Shown piece by piece: positions 38,744-49,813 of a stretch of DNA of 64,000 nt. Origin of the DNA: an uncultured delta proteobacterium (GTDB taxonomy: Bacteria > Myxococcota > UBA727 > VGSZ01); contig CAVZJB010000004.1 of NCBI GenBank assembly GCA_963775425.1, positions 480,001 to 544,000 on the forward strand. The letters are read 5' to 3'. The notes under the pieces are model-generated. The model was not told the origin of the DNA and did no database searches. It saw nothing but the letters and a program-made list of their open reading frames with translations. The position numbers were made by a program, and so were the translations under genes. Positions within the stretch are counted from its first letter, which is position 1, and every line of letters starts with the position of its first letter.

Positions 38744-40204
38744 TCAGCGTGCAAGACGCACCACGGCTTCCAGGATCTCCCTCTCGTCGAGGGAGGCGAA
38801 GCCCATGCGCAGATACGGGCGCGCGACGCCGTCGAGGGCGAAGTCGCGCGCCTCCGCGACGCCCACGCCGTTTCGGCGCGCCCGCGCGACAAACGCTCCC
38901 ACGTCTCCCGGTGTGTGCGCCCACAGCGCCATGCCCCCGCGCGGCACGTCGAACTCGAGGGCGCCGCCGAGGCGCGCGCGCAACGCCGTGACGAGGACGT
39001 CTCGGCGCGCGCGATAGATACGCCGCATCCGGCGCACGTGGCGCAGGACGGTGCCGTCGTCGAGGAGGTCGGCCACCGCCGCCTCGAGGGCGAGGTCCCC
39101 CTGCCGGTCGACGTGGCGGCGCAGTCGCGCGGCGCCGTCGACGACGGCGGGCGGGCCCGCCATGAAGCCGAGGCGGAGCCCGGGGGCCAACACCTTGGAG
39201 AGCGTGCCGACGTAGACGCACACGCCTGCGTCGTCGTCCGCGGCGAGCGGCAGCGGCGGCCGCCCTTCGTATTGAAGCTCGTGGTCGTAGTCGTCCTCGA
39301 GGATGGCGATGCGCTCCCGGGCGCACAGCGACAAGAGCGCGCGGCGGCGGCGCGCGGCGAGGGGGACGGTGGTCGGATACTGGTGATGCGGCGTCACGTA
39401 CACCATGCGCACGCTGCCGCGGCCGCCGGCGGCGACGGCGCGCGCCAAAGCGTCGACGTCGAGCCCCTGCCCGTCGACGGGGACGGGCAGGAGCCGCGCG
39501 CCTGCGTGCAGCAGCGCCGCCCACGCCGGCGAGTAGCCGAGCTCTTCCACGGCGACCACGTCGCCCGGCCGGATGACGAGGCGCGCGGCCAGGTCGATGC
39601 CCATCTGGGCCCCGCGCACGACAACGACGTCGTCGGCGCTCACGTCGAGGCCGCGGCGCGCGGCGAGCATCCGCGCGAGCGCGCTGCGCAGCGCCGGGTG
39701 CCCGCGCTCGTCGCCGTAGCCGAGGAGCAGCGGGGCGCCGCGCTGCTTGAGCGCCTTGCGAAACGCGCGCGCAATCTCGTCGACCGGCAGGAGGCGCATG
39801 TCGGGCACGCCGCTCTGCATGACGAGCGTCCCCTTCGGCCACGACGTCGGCGGCCGCGGCAGCGCCGGCAGCGGCGGCGCCAGATCGAACCCCGGGGCGG
39901 CCTGCGCTCGTCGCGGACTGCGCCTCGCGGCGGCGGCGGGTGCCTCGCGCCAGTCGTCGGACACCAGCGTCGCGCGCGCCGGCGACGACGTGGTGAAGCC
40001 TTGCGCGCGCAGCTCGTCGTACGCCGCGACCACCGTGTTGCGGTTGACGCCGAGGAGCGCCGCCAGCTCGCGTGTGCCGGGCAACGCGTCGCCGGCGCGC
40101 AGGCGCCCGCGCGCCACGGCCGCGCCGAGGCCCTCGGCGATCTGCACGTACAGCGGCGTGTCCGCCGCCGCATCGAGCGGAACGGCGACGTCCCACGTGC
40201 GCAT
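38744..40204 (-). CDS. MocR/GntR-family PLP-dependent transcriptional regulator
   Basis: PLYVQIA...LPGTRELA..LGVNRNTV..AYDEL; VTPHHQYP, EDDYD, GTLSKVLAPGLRLG. Confidence 0.93.
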   Translation of the reverse strand: MRTWDVAVPLDAAADTPLYVQIAEGLGAAVARGRLRAGDALPGTRELAALLGVNRNTVVAAYDELRAQGFTTSSPARATLVSDDWREAPAAAARRSPRRAQAAPGFDLAPPLPALPRPPTSWPKGTLVMQSGVPDMRLLPVDEIARAFRKALKQRGAPLLLGYGDERGHPALRSALARMLAARRGLDVSADDVVVVRGAQMGIDLAARLVIRPGDVVAVEELGYSPAWAALLHAGARLLPVPVDGQGLDVDALARAVAAGGRGSVRMVYVTPHHQYPTTVPLAARRRRALLSLCARERIAILEDDYDHELQYEGRPPLPLAADDDAGVCVYVGTLSKVLAPGLRLGFMAGPPAVVDGAARLRRHVDRQGDLALEAAVADLLDDGTVLRHVRRMRRIYRARRDVLVTALRARLGGALEFDVPRGGMALWAHTPGDVGAFVARARRNGVGVAEARDFALDGVARPYLRMGFASLDEREILEAVVRLAR

Positions 40205-40205
40205 T

Positions 40206-42017
40206 TCAGGACTTCACGAGCTGCTCGAGCTGCCAGCGCTGCACGTGCAGGCTCTCCTCCGCGCGCGCGAGCGTGGCGCGGGTGCGCGCGAGGAGGACGC
40301 TGGGCGTGATGATGGCCGCGGCGATGCACAAGATCAGGAAGACGAGCGACCTCTCGTCGAGGGTGAGCAGCATCTCCTTCACCATCACGCCGCCGGAGAC
40401 GAACATGTACTGCGGCGACACAGCCTCCCACGCCAGCGCAGCCGCCACCGTCACGCAGCCGAGCGCGGTGCTCACGCGCCGGTGCCAGAGGTCGGGGTGC
40501 ACCTGCCGCGCGGTGGCGGTGGCGACGATGAGCACCGACAGGAAGCCGACGGGCCCCGTCAACCGCGTGAGCGGGAGCAAGCCGGCCAGGTCCGCGACCA
40601 CGGCCGCCGTCTGCAGCGCCATCGACGGCTGTTTGCTGCGCGCCACCAGGACGTTGAGCACGATGGCGACGCCCAGGGCGATCAGCGTGTACGCGAGCAG
40701 GAGCCAGTCGCGCACGCCCACCCACGCCGCGACCGGGACGAGCGCGAAGAACGGCAGCGCGCTGCCGACGCTGTAACGCGCGAGCAGCCGCATCTGCTCG
40801 TTGCGGTCCTCGTCGATTCGCCGCGTGACCTCCGGCGGGCGGTGCGCGGGGGGCGACGTCAGCAGGCGGAGCAGCGACGCGCGCGCCTCCTCGTTGTCGG
40901 GGTCGACGGCGACGGCGCTGCCAAGCTCTTTGAGCGCCTCGGCCCGCGAGCGGTCGTCGTCGGGCGCCACCAGCGCGCGCTCGGCCGACGCGAGGTGCAT
41001 GCGCGCCATCTCGCGGCGCTGGGACGCTTGCGCTTCGCCGGCGATGACGGCGTCGACGGCGTCGTGCAGCTCGCGCGCGCTCTGGTACCGGTGCGCGGGC
41101 TCGATCGCGAGCGCGCGGGCGCAGATGGCGTCGATGGCGGCGGGCACCGCGCGCCCCGGCGCGCGCAGCGCGGGGCGCGGCTCCACGCCGCGCAACGTGA
41201 GCAGGGTGGCCTCGAGCGCGTCGGCGGCCCGGATGTACGGCTCACGCGCGGCGATCTCGAACAGCAACGCGCCGAGGGCGTACACGTCGGTGGCGGGCCC
41301 GATGGGTCCGACGGACGGATCGATCTGTTCCGGGGCCATGTAGCCGGGTGTGCCGAGGAGGCTGCCGGCGACGGTGGCGGGCGTGGCGCCCGCGGCGACG
41401 GGCTCGCGCTCCGCGGTGGCCGCGCGGGCGTCGCCGTCGCCGAGCGGGTCGTCGTCGGACGCGCCCCGCCCGACGCGCGCGAGGCCCCAGTCGAGCAGGT
41501 AGACCTCGCCGAAGTCTCCGAGCATGACGTTGCCGGGTTTGATGTCGCGGTGGACCACGCCCTTGTTGTGCGCAAAGTCCACCGCGAGGCAGACGCTGGT
41601 GAACGCGGAGAGCAGCTTTCTGAGCGGCAGCGCGTCCTCGTGGAGGAGGGCGGCGAGCGTCTTTCCGCGCACGCGCTTCATCGCGAAGTAGGCGGTGCCG
41701 TCGTCGAGGATCTCGATCTCGTAGACGGGGACGATGCTCGGGTGGTCGAGCTGGGCCTGGACCCGCGCTTCGCGCAGGAAGCGCTCGTGCTCCGCGCCGG
41801 CCAACGCCACCTTGATGGCGACGTCGCGGCCGATGCGGGCGTCGCGGCAGAGCCGCACCTCGCCCATGCCGCCCCGCCCGAGGATGTTGCGGACCTCGTA
41901 GCGCGTCTCCAGGGTGAGCTCCCGCTCCGTGGTGTCCACCACGCGCGCGCCCGAGTCGCGCGCCGTGAGCGTGGGGTCGTCGAGGAACGGTTGAAAAATG
42001 GTCGCGAGCGTCTTCAT
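40206..42017 (-). CDS. Ser/Thr protein kinase with multi-pass membrane C-terminus
   Basis: LGRGGMGEV, VAIK, HRDIKPGN, DWG, GTPGYMAPEQ; about 5-6 C-terminal TM segments. Confidence 0.9.
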   Translation of the reverse strand: MKTLATIFQPFLDDPTLTARDSGARVVDTTERELTLETRYEVRNILGRGGMGEVRLCRDARIGRDVAIKVALAGAEHERFLREARVQAQLDHPSIVPVYEIEILDDGTAYFAMKRVRGKTLAALLHEDALPLRKLLSAFTSVCLAVDFAHNKGVVHRDIKPGNVMLGDFGEVYLLDWGLARVGRGASDDDPLGDGDARAATAEREPVAAGATPATVAGSLLGTPGYMAPEQIDPSVGPIGPATDVYALGALLFEIAAREPYIRAADALEATLLTLRGVEPRPALRAPGRAVPAAIDAICARALAIEPAHRYQSARELHDAVDAVIAGEAQASQRREMARMHLASAERALVAPDDDRSRAEALKELGSAVAVDPDNEEARASLLRLLTSPPAHRPPEVTRRIDEDRNEQMRLLARYSVGSALPFFALVPVAAWVGVRDWLLLAYTLIALGVAIVLNVLVARSKQPSMALQTAAVVADLAGLLPLTRLTGPVGFLSVLIVATATARQVHPDLWHRRVSTALGCVTVAAALAWEAVSPQYMFVSGGVMVKEMLLTLDERSLVFLILCIAAAIITPSVLLARTRATLARAEESLHVQRWQLEQLVKS

Positions 42018-42051
42018 CGCGGACAGTCTAGCCCCGGGCGCGCAGCCCGTA

Positions 42052-42095
42052 CTGGACCAGCGGATATGTACGATCTGGACCTTTGTGGTGGTCCA
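42052..42095. promoter_or_regulatory. Putative MocR operator: two direct CTGGACC repeats and one inverted GGTCCA
   Basis: CTGGACC at 42052 and 42075, GGTCCA at 42090, in the divergent intergenic region. Confidence 0.6.
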
Positions 42096-42116
42096 TCACA
42101 CCGGCACGATGCCCGC

Positions 42117-43175
42117 ATGAGACGTGAAGTGTTCCGCGGCGCTCGCGAGCGGGCCGTGGCGTTGCTCGAGCGCGCGCCCTTCGTTCACGTGGCGGGCGTC
42201 GACGCCGACGGCGCACCGGTTGCGCGCACGCTCCACGGCGTCGTCAACGGCAACCGCGTCTGCTTTCACGCGGCCCCCGTGGGTGAAAAGAGCGCGCTCG
42301 TGGGCAAGCCCGTCGTCGTTTGGGCGGAGGAGATCGTCGCCGAGATCCCCTCGACGTTCACCGATCCCGTTCGCGCCTGCCCGGCCACCACGCTCTACGA
42401 GAGCGCGCAGGTGCACGGGGTGCTCACGCGCGTCGACGACATCGACGACAAGGCCCGCGTCCTTCAGGCGCTCATGCGGCGCTACCAACCGCAGGGCGGC
42501 CACGCCCCGATCACCGCGGACGATCCACGCTACGCCGCCGCCGTCCGCGGCGTCGCCATCCTCGCCGTCTCGCTCGACGACGTCGACGGCAAGCGCAAGC
42601 TCGCGCAGAACAAGAGCCCCGAGGAGCGGGCCCGCCTCCTCGAGAAGCTGTGGCAGCGCGGCGCGCCCGGCGACGCGCGCGCCGTCGACCTCGTGCGCGG
42701 CGCCGCCCCCGGCGGGCCGCCGGTGACGCCCGCGTTCCTCGCCGCGCCGCGCGGGTTCCTCTTGCGCTGCGCGCTCGACGCGCCCGGCGACGCGGCACGC
42801 TTCGCCGGGGACGCCGCGGCGCTCCTCGACGATGCGTACTGGAACGTCGGCGTCGGCCGCGAGCGCATCGCCCGCGCACACCTCGCCTCGAGCGCGTGGG
42901 TGGGCGCCCTCGACGAGGCGGGCCGGCTCGCGGCCACGGCGCGCGCGCTCGCCGACGGCGCCAAGTGGGCGACCATCTACGACGTGATCGTGCGCGCCGA
43001 CGTGCGCGGTCGCGGGCTCGGCTCCGCTGTGGTGCGCCTGCTGCTCGAGCACCCCGCGCTGCGCGCGTGCACGAAGGTCGCGCTGCGCACGCGAGACGCG
43101 CAGGGGCTCTACGCGCGACACGGCTTCGTGGAACGGCCGGCGTCCCAGAACACCGAAATGGTGCTCGTTCGTTGA
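42117..43175 (+). CDS. FMN-binding split-barrel (PaiB/PNPOx-like) - GNAT acetyltransferase fusion
   Basis: CPATTLYESAQVHG, DGKRKLAQN; C-terminal AYWN, ARALADG..ATIYDVIV...RGRGLG, TRDAQGLYARHGF. Confidence 0.82.
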   Translation: MRREVFRGARERAVALLERAPFVHVAGVDADGAPVARTLHGVVNGNRVCFHAAPVGEKSALVGKPVVVWAEEIVAEIPSTFTDPVRACPATTLYESAQVHGVLTRVDDIDDKARVLQALMRRYQPQGGHAPITADDPRYAAAVRGVAILAVSLDDVDGKRKLAQNKSPEERARLLEKLWQRGAPGDARAVDLVRGAAPGGPPVTPAFLAAPRGFLLRCALDAPGDAARFAGDAAALLDDAYWNVGVGRERIARAHLASSAWVGALDEAGRLAATARALADGAKWATIYDVIVRADVRGRGLGSAVVRLLLEHPALRACTKVALRTRDAQGLYARHGFVERPASQNTEMVLVR

Positions 43176-43361
43176 CGAACGACAGATTTCCGTCCTCTGC
43201 CTGCAGAAGAACGATGGTTCGAACGCAGGCATTGCGCAGAACCGCAGAACTTGCATTTGCGCTGGCTCGTCGACGACGAGACATCGTGACTCAGGTTGTC
43301 GACAGTGATCATGGAGTGTCTGATGGGGACGATCCGTGCACTCGTGGACTCGAGGTGAGGA

Positions 43362-46300
43362 ATGACGACATCGCGCAAACAGTCCTCAGCGACGTCAACC
43401 GGACGCCGGGGCAAGCGCGCAGCCAGTGTCGTCCCGCCGCCCGCGAAGATCGAAAACGCCGATGAGCTGCTCGCCACGCTGCGCTCCTTTCGCCGCGGCG
43501 ACTTCACCGCGCGGATGTCGCCGCGCCACACGGGCATCGCGGGAGAGATCGCGCGCATCGTCAACGAGGTCATCGAGGCCAACGATCTGCTGGCGAACGA
43601 GCTGTCCCGCATCAGCGACGTCGTGGGCAAGCAGGGCCACGTCGGCCAACGGGCCTCGCTCGGCGCCATGCCGGGCGCGTGGCGCAACAGCATCGACTCG
43701 GTGAACGCGCTCATCAGCGACCTCGTCCTGCCCACCACCGAGGTCGGCCGCGTCATCGGCGCCGTCGCATCCGGCGACCTCTCCCAGAAGATGACCCTCG
43801 ACAGCGACGGCCGGCCGCTGCGGGGCGAGTTCCTCCGCACCGCCAAGGTCGTGAACGGCATGGTGGAGCAGCTCGGCTCGTTCGCCTCCGAGGTCACCCG
43901 CGTGGCGCGCGAGGTGGGCACCGAGGGAAAGCTCGGCGGTCAGGCGCAGGTCAAGGGCGTCGCCGGCACCTGGAAGGACCTCACCGACAACGTCAACTCC
44001 ATGGCCGGCAACCTCACCGCCCAGGTGAGAAACATCGCCGAGGTGACCACCGCGGTGGCCAAAGGCGACCTCTCCAAGAAGATCACCGTCGACGTCAAAG
44101 GCGAGATCCTTCAGCTCAAAAACACCATCAACACCATGGTGGACCAGCTCAACTCCTTCGCCTCCGAGGTCACCCGCGTGGCGCGCGAGGTGGGCACCGA
44201 GGGCAAGCTCGGCGGCCAGGCGCACGTCAAGGGTGTCGCCGGCACATGGAAGGACCTCACCGACAACGTCAACTCCATGGCGGGCAACCTCACCGCCCAG
44301 GTGAGAAACATCGCCGAGGTCACCACCGCCGTCGCCAACGGCGATCTCTCCAAAAAGATCACCGTCGACGTCAAGGGCGAGATCCTCGAGCTCAAGAACA
44401 CCATCAACACCATGGTGGATCAGTTGAACGCGTTCGCCTCCGAGGTCACCCGCGTGGCGCGCGAGGTGGGTACGGAGGGCAAGCTCGGCGGTCAGGCGCA
44501 GGTCAAGGGCGTCGCCGGCACCTGGAAGGACCTCACCGACAACGTCAACTCCATGGCCTCCAACCTCACGGCCCAGGTCAGGAACATCGCCGAGGTGGCC
44601 ACGGCCGTGGCCAAGGGCGATCTCACCAAGAAGATCACCGTCGACGTCAAGGGCGAGATCCTCGAGCTCAAGAACACCATCAACACCATGGCCGACCAGC
44701 TCAATTCGTTCGCCTCCGAGGTGACGCGGGTGGCCCGCGACGTCGGCACCGAGGGGAAGCTCGGCGGACAGGCGGAGGTGCCCGGCGTGGCCGGGACGTG
44801 GAAGGACCTCACCGACTCGGTGAACTCCATGGCCTCCAACCTCACCGCGCAGGTGCGCAACATCGCGGAGGTCACCACGGCGGTGGCCCAGGGCGACCTC
44901 TCCAAGACCATCACCGTCGACGTCAAAGGCGAGATCCTTCAGCTCAAAAACACCATCAACACCATGGTGGACCAGCTCAACTCGTTCGCCTCCGAGGTGA
45001 CGCGCGTGGCCGGCGAGGTCGGCACCGAGGGCAAGCTCGGCGGCCAGGCGCACGTGAAGGGCGTAGCCGGGACGTGGAAGGACCTCACCGACAACGTCAA
45101 CTCCATGGCCTCCAACCTCACCGCCCAGGTGCGCAACATCGCCGAGGTCACCACGGCGGTCGCCAAGGGCGACCTCAGCAAGAAGATCACCGTCGACGTG
45201 CGGGGGGAGATCCTCGAGCTCAAGAACACCATCAACACCATGGTGGACCAGCTCCGCGCGTTCGCCGCCGAGGTCACGCGCGTCGCCTGGGAGGTGGGCA
45301 CGGACGGGAAGCTCGGCGGCCAGGCGCAGGTCGAGGGCGTCGCGGGCACCTGGAAGGACCTCACCGACTCCGTCAACTTCATGGCCGGCAACCTCACCGC
45401 CCAGGTGCGAAACATCGCCGACGTGACCACGGCGGTGGCCCAGGGCGACCTCTCCAAGAAGATCACCGTCGACGTCAAAGGCGAGATCCTCGAGCTCAAG
45501 ACCACCATCAACACCATGGTCGATCAGCTCAACTCCTTCGCCTCGGAGGTGACGCGCGTCGCGCGCGAGGTGGGCACCGAGGGAAAGCTCGGCGGCCAGG
45601 CGCAGGTGAAGGGTGTCGCCGGCACCTGGAAAGACCTCACCGACAACGTCAACTCCATGGCCGGCAACCTCACCGCGCAGGTGAGGAACATCGCCGACGT
45701 CACCACCGCGGTCGCCCAGGGCGACCTGAGCAAGAAGATCACCGTCGACGTCAAGGGCGAGATCCTCGAGCTCAAAAACACCATCAACACCATGGTGGAC
45801 CAGCTCAACTCCTTCGCCTCCGAGGTCACGCGTGTGGCGCGCGAGGTCGGCACCGAGGGGAAGCTCGGCGGCCAGGCGCACGTCAAGGGCGTCGCCGGCA
45901 CGTGGAAGGACCTCACCGACAACGTGAACTCCATGGCCACCAACCTCACCAACCAGGTGCGCGGCATCGCGCAGGTGGTGACCGCCGTGGCGCGCGGCGA
46001 GCTCAAGCGCAAGCTCGCCCTCGAGGCAAGCGGCGAGATCGCGGAGCTCGCCCAGACCATCAATTCCATGACCGACACCCTCGCCACCTTCGCGGATCAG
46101 GTGACGACGGTGGCGCGCGAGGTCGGCGTCGAGGGCAAGCTCGGCGGACAGGCGAAGGTCCCGGGCGCGGCCGGCACGTGGAAGGACCTCACCGACAACG
46201 TCAACCAGCTCGCCGGCAACCTGACCACCCAGGTGCGCGCCATCGGCGACGTCGCCACCGCGGTGACCAAGGGAGACCTCACCCGCTCCATCGCCGTGGC

Positions 46301-49157
46301 GGCGTCAGGCGAGGTGGCCGCGCTCAAAGACAACATCAACGAGATGATCCGCAACCTTAAGGACACCACGTGGAAGACCACGGAGCAGGATTGGCTCAAG
46401 ACCAACCTCGCTCGCTTCACACGCATGATGCAGGGCCAACGCGACCTGATGACGGTGGCGCAGCAGATCCTGTCCGAGCTCGCGCCGCTCGTGAGCGCCC
46501 AGCACGGGGTGTTCTACATCGCCGAGGGAGACGCGGCCGCCGGCGAAGAGGTGCGCCTCAAGCTCCTGGCCAGCTACGCCTCCCGCGCGCGCGAAAAGGT
46601 CTCCAAGGTGTTCGAGCTCGGCGAGGGCCTGGTCGGTCAATGCGCCCTCGAGAAACGCAAGATCCTCGTCACCTGCGCCCCCGCCGACTACGTGCGCATC
46701 GGCTCCGGGCTCGGCGACGCCCCCCCTTCGAGCATCATCGTCCTCCCCGTGCTCTACGAGGGGCGCGTGAACGCGGTCATCGAATTGGCCTCGTTCTCGC
46801 AGCTCGCGGACATCCATCAGGTGTTCCTCGACCAGCTCACCGAGTCCATCGGCATCGTCGTCAACACCATCGGCGCCGGCATGCGCACGGAGTTGCTGTT
46901 GGCGCAGTCTCAGTCCTTGACGCAGGAGCTGCAGTCCCAGCAGGAGGAGCTTCGCGAGACCAACGAGCGCCTCGAGCAGCAGGCGCGGACGCTGCGTGAG
47001 TCCGAGGAGCGCCTCAGGCAGCAGCAGGACGAGCTGCGCAACACCAACGAGCAGATCGGCGAGAAGGCCAAGCTCCTCGAGCTGAAGAACCGCGAGGTGG
47101 AGTTCGCCAAGGGTGAAATCGAGGAGAAGGCGGAGCAGCTCGCGCTGACGTCACGATACAAGTCCGAGTTCCTCGCGAACATGTCGCATGAGCTGCGTAC
47201 CCCGCTCAACTCTTTGCTCATCCTCTCGCAGATGCTCTCGGAGAACGTCGAGGGCAACTTGATGCCCAAACAGATCGAATTCGCCAGCACCATCCACGCG
47301 TCCGGCACGGATCTCCTCGCGCTCATCAACGACATCCTCGACCACTCCAAGATCGAGTCCGGCATGATGGACGTCGAGGCCGCGGACGTCGCCTTCACCG
47401 ACCTGCGCGAGTACGTGGAGCAGAGCTTCCAGTATGTCGCGCAGCAGAAGGGTCTCGCCTTCGGCGTCACCCTCGGCGGCGAGCTGCCGCGGGCCATTCA
47501 CACGGACAACAAGCGCCTCCAGCAGATCCTGAAGAACCTGCTGTCCAACGCCTTCAAGTTCACCGAGTCCGGCAGCGTCACCCTCGAGATCGATCTCGCG
47601 CACGAGGGCTGGTCGCGGGATCACGAGGAGCTTGGTGCCGCCGACGCCGTCGTCGCGTTCAGCGTCGTCGACACCGGCATCGGCGTCCCCGCGGACAAGC
47701 AGCGCATCATCTTCGAGGCGTTTCAACAGGCCGACGGCACCACCAGCCGGCGCTACGGCGGCACCGGGCTCGGGCTCTCCATCAGCCGCGAGATCGCGCG
47801 GCTGCTCGGCGGTGAGCTGCGCGTCACCAGCCGGTTCGGACACGGCTCGCGCTTCACGCTCTACCTGCCGCGCAGCTACCCGGAACAAGACGCCGGGCCG
47901 CGCGAGCCGCACCCGCACGACACCTCGGTGGTCGCGACGCCCATCGTCGTGCCGTCCGACGACCGCGATCGGATCGACGGCGACGACCGCGTCCTGCTGA
48001 TCGTGGAGGACGATCCCGCCTTCAGCCGCGTCTTGCTCGAGGGCGCGCGCGCGCACGGCTTCAAGGGCTTCATCGCGCCGAGCGCAAACGCCTGCATCCC
48101 ACTCGCACGCAAGCTCAAGCCGACCGCAGTAACGCTCGACATGCGCCTCGCCGATCTCGACGGCTGGACCGTGCTCGACCGGCTGAAGCACGACGCCGCC
48201 ACGAGGCACATCCCGGTGATGGTCGTGTCCGGCGACGATCAGCGCCAGCGCGCGCTGCGCATGGGCGCGGCCGGCTTCCTGTTGAAGCCGGTGGCCCACG
48301 AGGACCTCGGCGCCATGCTCGACAAGCTCGCGCGGTTCGTCGACGACCCGGTGCGGCGCCTGCTCATCATCGAGGACGACGAGCGGGAGCGCGACGCGCT
48401 GCTCGCCCTCGTGGGCGCCGACGACGTGGAGACCACGGCCGTCGCCTCGGGGCGCGAGGCGCTCGCGGCGCTCGCCGACGGAAACTATTCGTGCGTCGTC
48501 CTCGATCTCGGCCTGCCCGATCTCCCCGGCATGGAGCTCCTGCGCACCATCCGGCATGACGAGCGTTGGGCCGAGCTCCCGGTGATCGTGTACACGGGCA
48601 AACCGCTGGCCCGTCACGACGAGACGGAGCTCAAGCGGCTGGCGGCCGCGGTGGTGGTGAAGGACGTCAAGTCCCCGGAGCGGCTCCTCGACGAGACCTC
48701 GCTGTTCTTGCATCGCGTGCACACGGAGCTGCCCGAGGGCCAGCGGCGGATGATGGAGAAACGCTACCACTCCTCGACGATGCTCAGCGGCCTCTCCGTG
48801 CTCATCATCGACGACGACGTGCGCAACATCTTCGCCGTGACCAGCGTGCTCGAGCGGCACGGCGCGTCCGTGCTCTACGCCGAGAACGGCAAGGACGGCC
48901 TCGCGGCGCTCGAGAAGGCCGCGCACGTCGACGCCGTGTTGATGGACATCATGATGCCGGAGATGGACGGATACGAGGTGCTGCGCCGCATCCGCGCCGA
49001 GGAGCGCTACAACGATCTCCCCGTCATCGCGCTCACCGCCAAGGCGATGCGCTCCGACCGCGAGAAGTGCATCCGGGCGGGTGCCTCCGAGTACATCGCC
49101 AAGCCCGTCGACATGGCGCAACTGCTCTCCCTCCTGCGGGTGCGCCTCGCGTCATGA
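43362..49157 (+). CDS. Poly-HAMP hybrid histidine kinase (HAMP array-GAF-HisKA-HATPase-3xREC)
   Basis: Nine 92-aa repeats (GTWKDLTD), [36 protein letters not shown], three receiver domains. Confidence 0.95.
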   Translation: MTTSRKQSSATSTGRRGKRAASVVPPPAKIENADELLATLRSFRRGDFTARMSPRHTGIAGEIARIVNEVIEANDLLANELSRISDVVGKQGHVGQRASLGAMPGAWRNSIDSVNALISDLVLPTTEVGRVIGAVASGDLSQKMTLDSDGRPLRGEFLRTAKVVNGMVEQLGSFASEVTRVAREVGTEGKLGGQAQVKGVAGTWKDLTDNVNSMAGNLTAQVRNIAEVTTAVAKGDLSKKITVDVKGEILQLKNTINTMVDQLNSFASEVTRVAREVGTEGKLGGQAHVKGVAGTWKDLTDNVNSMAGNLTAQVRNIAEVTTAVANGDLSKKITVDVKGEILELKNTINTMVDQLNAFASEVTRVAREVGTEGKLGGQAQVKGVAGTWKDLTDNVNSMASNLTAQVRNIAEVATAVAKGDLTKKITVDVKGEILELKNTINTMADQLNSFASEVTRVARDVGTEGKLGGQAEVPGVAGTWKDLTDSVNSMASNLTAQVRNIAEVTTAVAQGDLSKTITVDVKGEILQLKNTINTMVDQLNSFASEVTRVAGEVGTEGKLGGQAHVKGVAGTWKDLTDNVNSMASNLTAQVRNIAEVTTAVAKGDLSKKITVDVRGEILELKNTINTMVDQLRAFAAEVTRVAWEVGTDGKLGGQAQVEGVAGTWKDLTDSVNFMAGNLTAQVRNIADVTTAVAQGDLSKKITVDVKGEILELKTTINTMVDQLNSFASEVTRVAREVGTEGKLGGQAQVKGVAGTWKDLTDNVNSMAGNLTAQVRNIADVTTAVAQGDLSKKITVDVKGEILELKNTINTMVDQLNSFASEVTRVAREVGTEGKLGGQAHVKGVAGTWKDLTDNVNSMATNLTNQVRGIAQVVTAVARGELKRKLALEASGEIAELAQTINSMTDTLATFADQVTTVAREVGVEGKLGGQAKVPGAAGTWKDLTDNVNQLAGNLTTQVRAIGDVATAVTKGDLTRSIAVAASGEVAALKDNINEMIRNLKDTTWKTTEQDWLKTNLARFTRMMQGQRDLMTVAQQILSELAPLVSAQHGVFYIAEGDAAAGEEVRLKLLASYASRAREKVSKVFELGEGLVGQCALEKRKILVTCAPADYVRIGSGLGDAPPSSIIVLPVLYEGRVNAVIELASFSQLADIHQVFLDQLTESIGIVVNTIGAGMRTELLLAQSQSLTQELQSQQEELRETNERLEQQARTLRESEERLRQQQDELRNTNEQIGEKAKLLELKNREVEFAKGEIEEKAEQLALTSRYKSEFLANMSHELRTPLNSLLILSQMLSENVEGNLMPKQIEFASTIHASGTDLLALINDILDHSKIESGMMDVEAADVAFTDLREYVEQSFQYVAQQKGLAFGVTLGGELPRAIHTDNKRLQQILKNLLSNAFKFTESGSVTLEIDLAHEGWSRDHEELGAADAVVAFSVVDTGIGVPADKQRIIFEAFQQADGTTSRRYGGTGLGLSISREIARLLGGELRVTSRFGHGSRFTLYLPRSYPEQDAGPREPHPHDTSVVATPIVVPSDDRDRIDGDDRVLLIVEDDPAFSRVLLEGARAHGFKGFIAPSANACIPLARKLKPTAVTLDMRLADLDGWTVLDRLKHDAATRHIPVMVVSGDDQRQRALRMGAAGFLLKPVAHEDLGAMLDKLARFVDDPVRRLLIIEDDERERDALLALVGADDVETTAVASGREALAALADGNYSCVVLDLGLPDLPGMELLRTIRHDERWAELPVIVYTGKPLARHDETELKRLAAAVVVKDVKSPERLLDETSLFLHRVHTELPEGQRRMMEKRYHSSTMLSGLSVLIIDDDVRNIFAVTSVLERHGASVLYAENGKDGLAALEKAAHVDAVLMDIMMPEMDGYEVLRRIRAEERYNDLPVIALTAKAMRSDREKCIRAGASEYIAKPVDMAQLLSLLRVRLAS
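43880..46290 (+). repeat. 276-bp in-frame tandem repeats of the HAMP array
   Basis: tggaa(g/a)gacctcaccgac recurs every 276 bp from about 43971 to 46179 (9 copies). Confidence 0.9.
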
Positions 49158-49813
49158 GCTGCAACGCGCCGCCCCCATGGCCGCCGCCGAGCGCAACAGC
49201 GCCGGCGATGTTCGACGACGCTCGCTTCTTCCGCGCCTTGCGCGAGCACGTGGCGCCGCGCCTGCGCACCTGGCCCTCCGTCGACGTGTGGCTCGTCGGT
49301 GCCGGCACCGGACAACAGGCGTACGCCGTATCCATCGCGCTTTGCGAGGAGGGCCTGGGCGGCCGCGTCCGGCTGCACGCCACCGACGCCGACGACGCGG
49401 CGCTCCGCCGCGCCCGCGAGGGCGCATACGCGTGCGCGGAGCTGCCGGCGGCGCGCGCCGCCTACCTGGCGGGCGGAGGGCGCGCGTCGCTCACGGACTA
49501 CCTCACCGTGCGGGGGGACGACGACCGCGGCTTCTTCACCGTGCGCGCACCGCTCCGCCGCAGCATCCTGTTCGCGCAGCACACGCCCACCACCGGCGCG
49601 TCCTTCGGGGAGATGCAGCTCGTCGTGTGTCGGGCCGCGCCCGCGCGCGACGACGACGCCGGCGCGCGCGCGCTCGCGGTGATGCACCAGAGCCTCTGCC
49701 GCTTCGGCATCCTCGCGCTCCCGCGCGGCGCGGACCTGGCCGGGCACCCGTTCGGCGGCTTCTACGAGCCTCTCCTTGTCGACGAAGGACTCTTTCGCCG
49801 AGGTGAGACATGA
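49154..49813 (+). CDS. Degenerate CheR-like methyltransferase (catalytic domain only)
   Basis: [58 protein letters not shown]. Confidence 0.7.
   Translation: MSCNAPPPWPPPSATAPAMFDDARFFRALREHVAPRLRTWPSVDVWLVGAGTGQQAYAVSIALCEEGLGGRVRLHATDADDAALRRAREGAYACAELPAARAAYLAGGGRASLTDYLTVRGDDDRGFFTVRAPLRRSILFAQHTPTTGASFGEMQLVVCRAAPARDDDAGARALAVMHQSLCRFGILALPRGADLAGHPFGGFYEPLLVDEGLFRRGET

Noticed and set aside
39747-43175. 1142-aa ORF
   Set aside because: Antisense shadow of the kinase and mocR genes; the real CDS starts at 42117.
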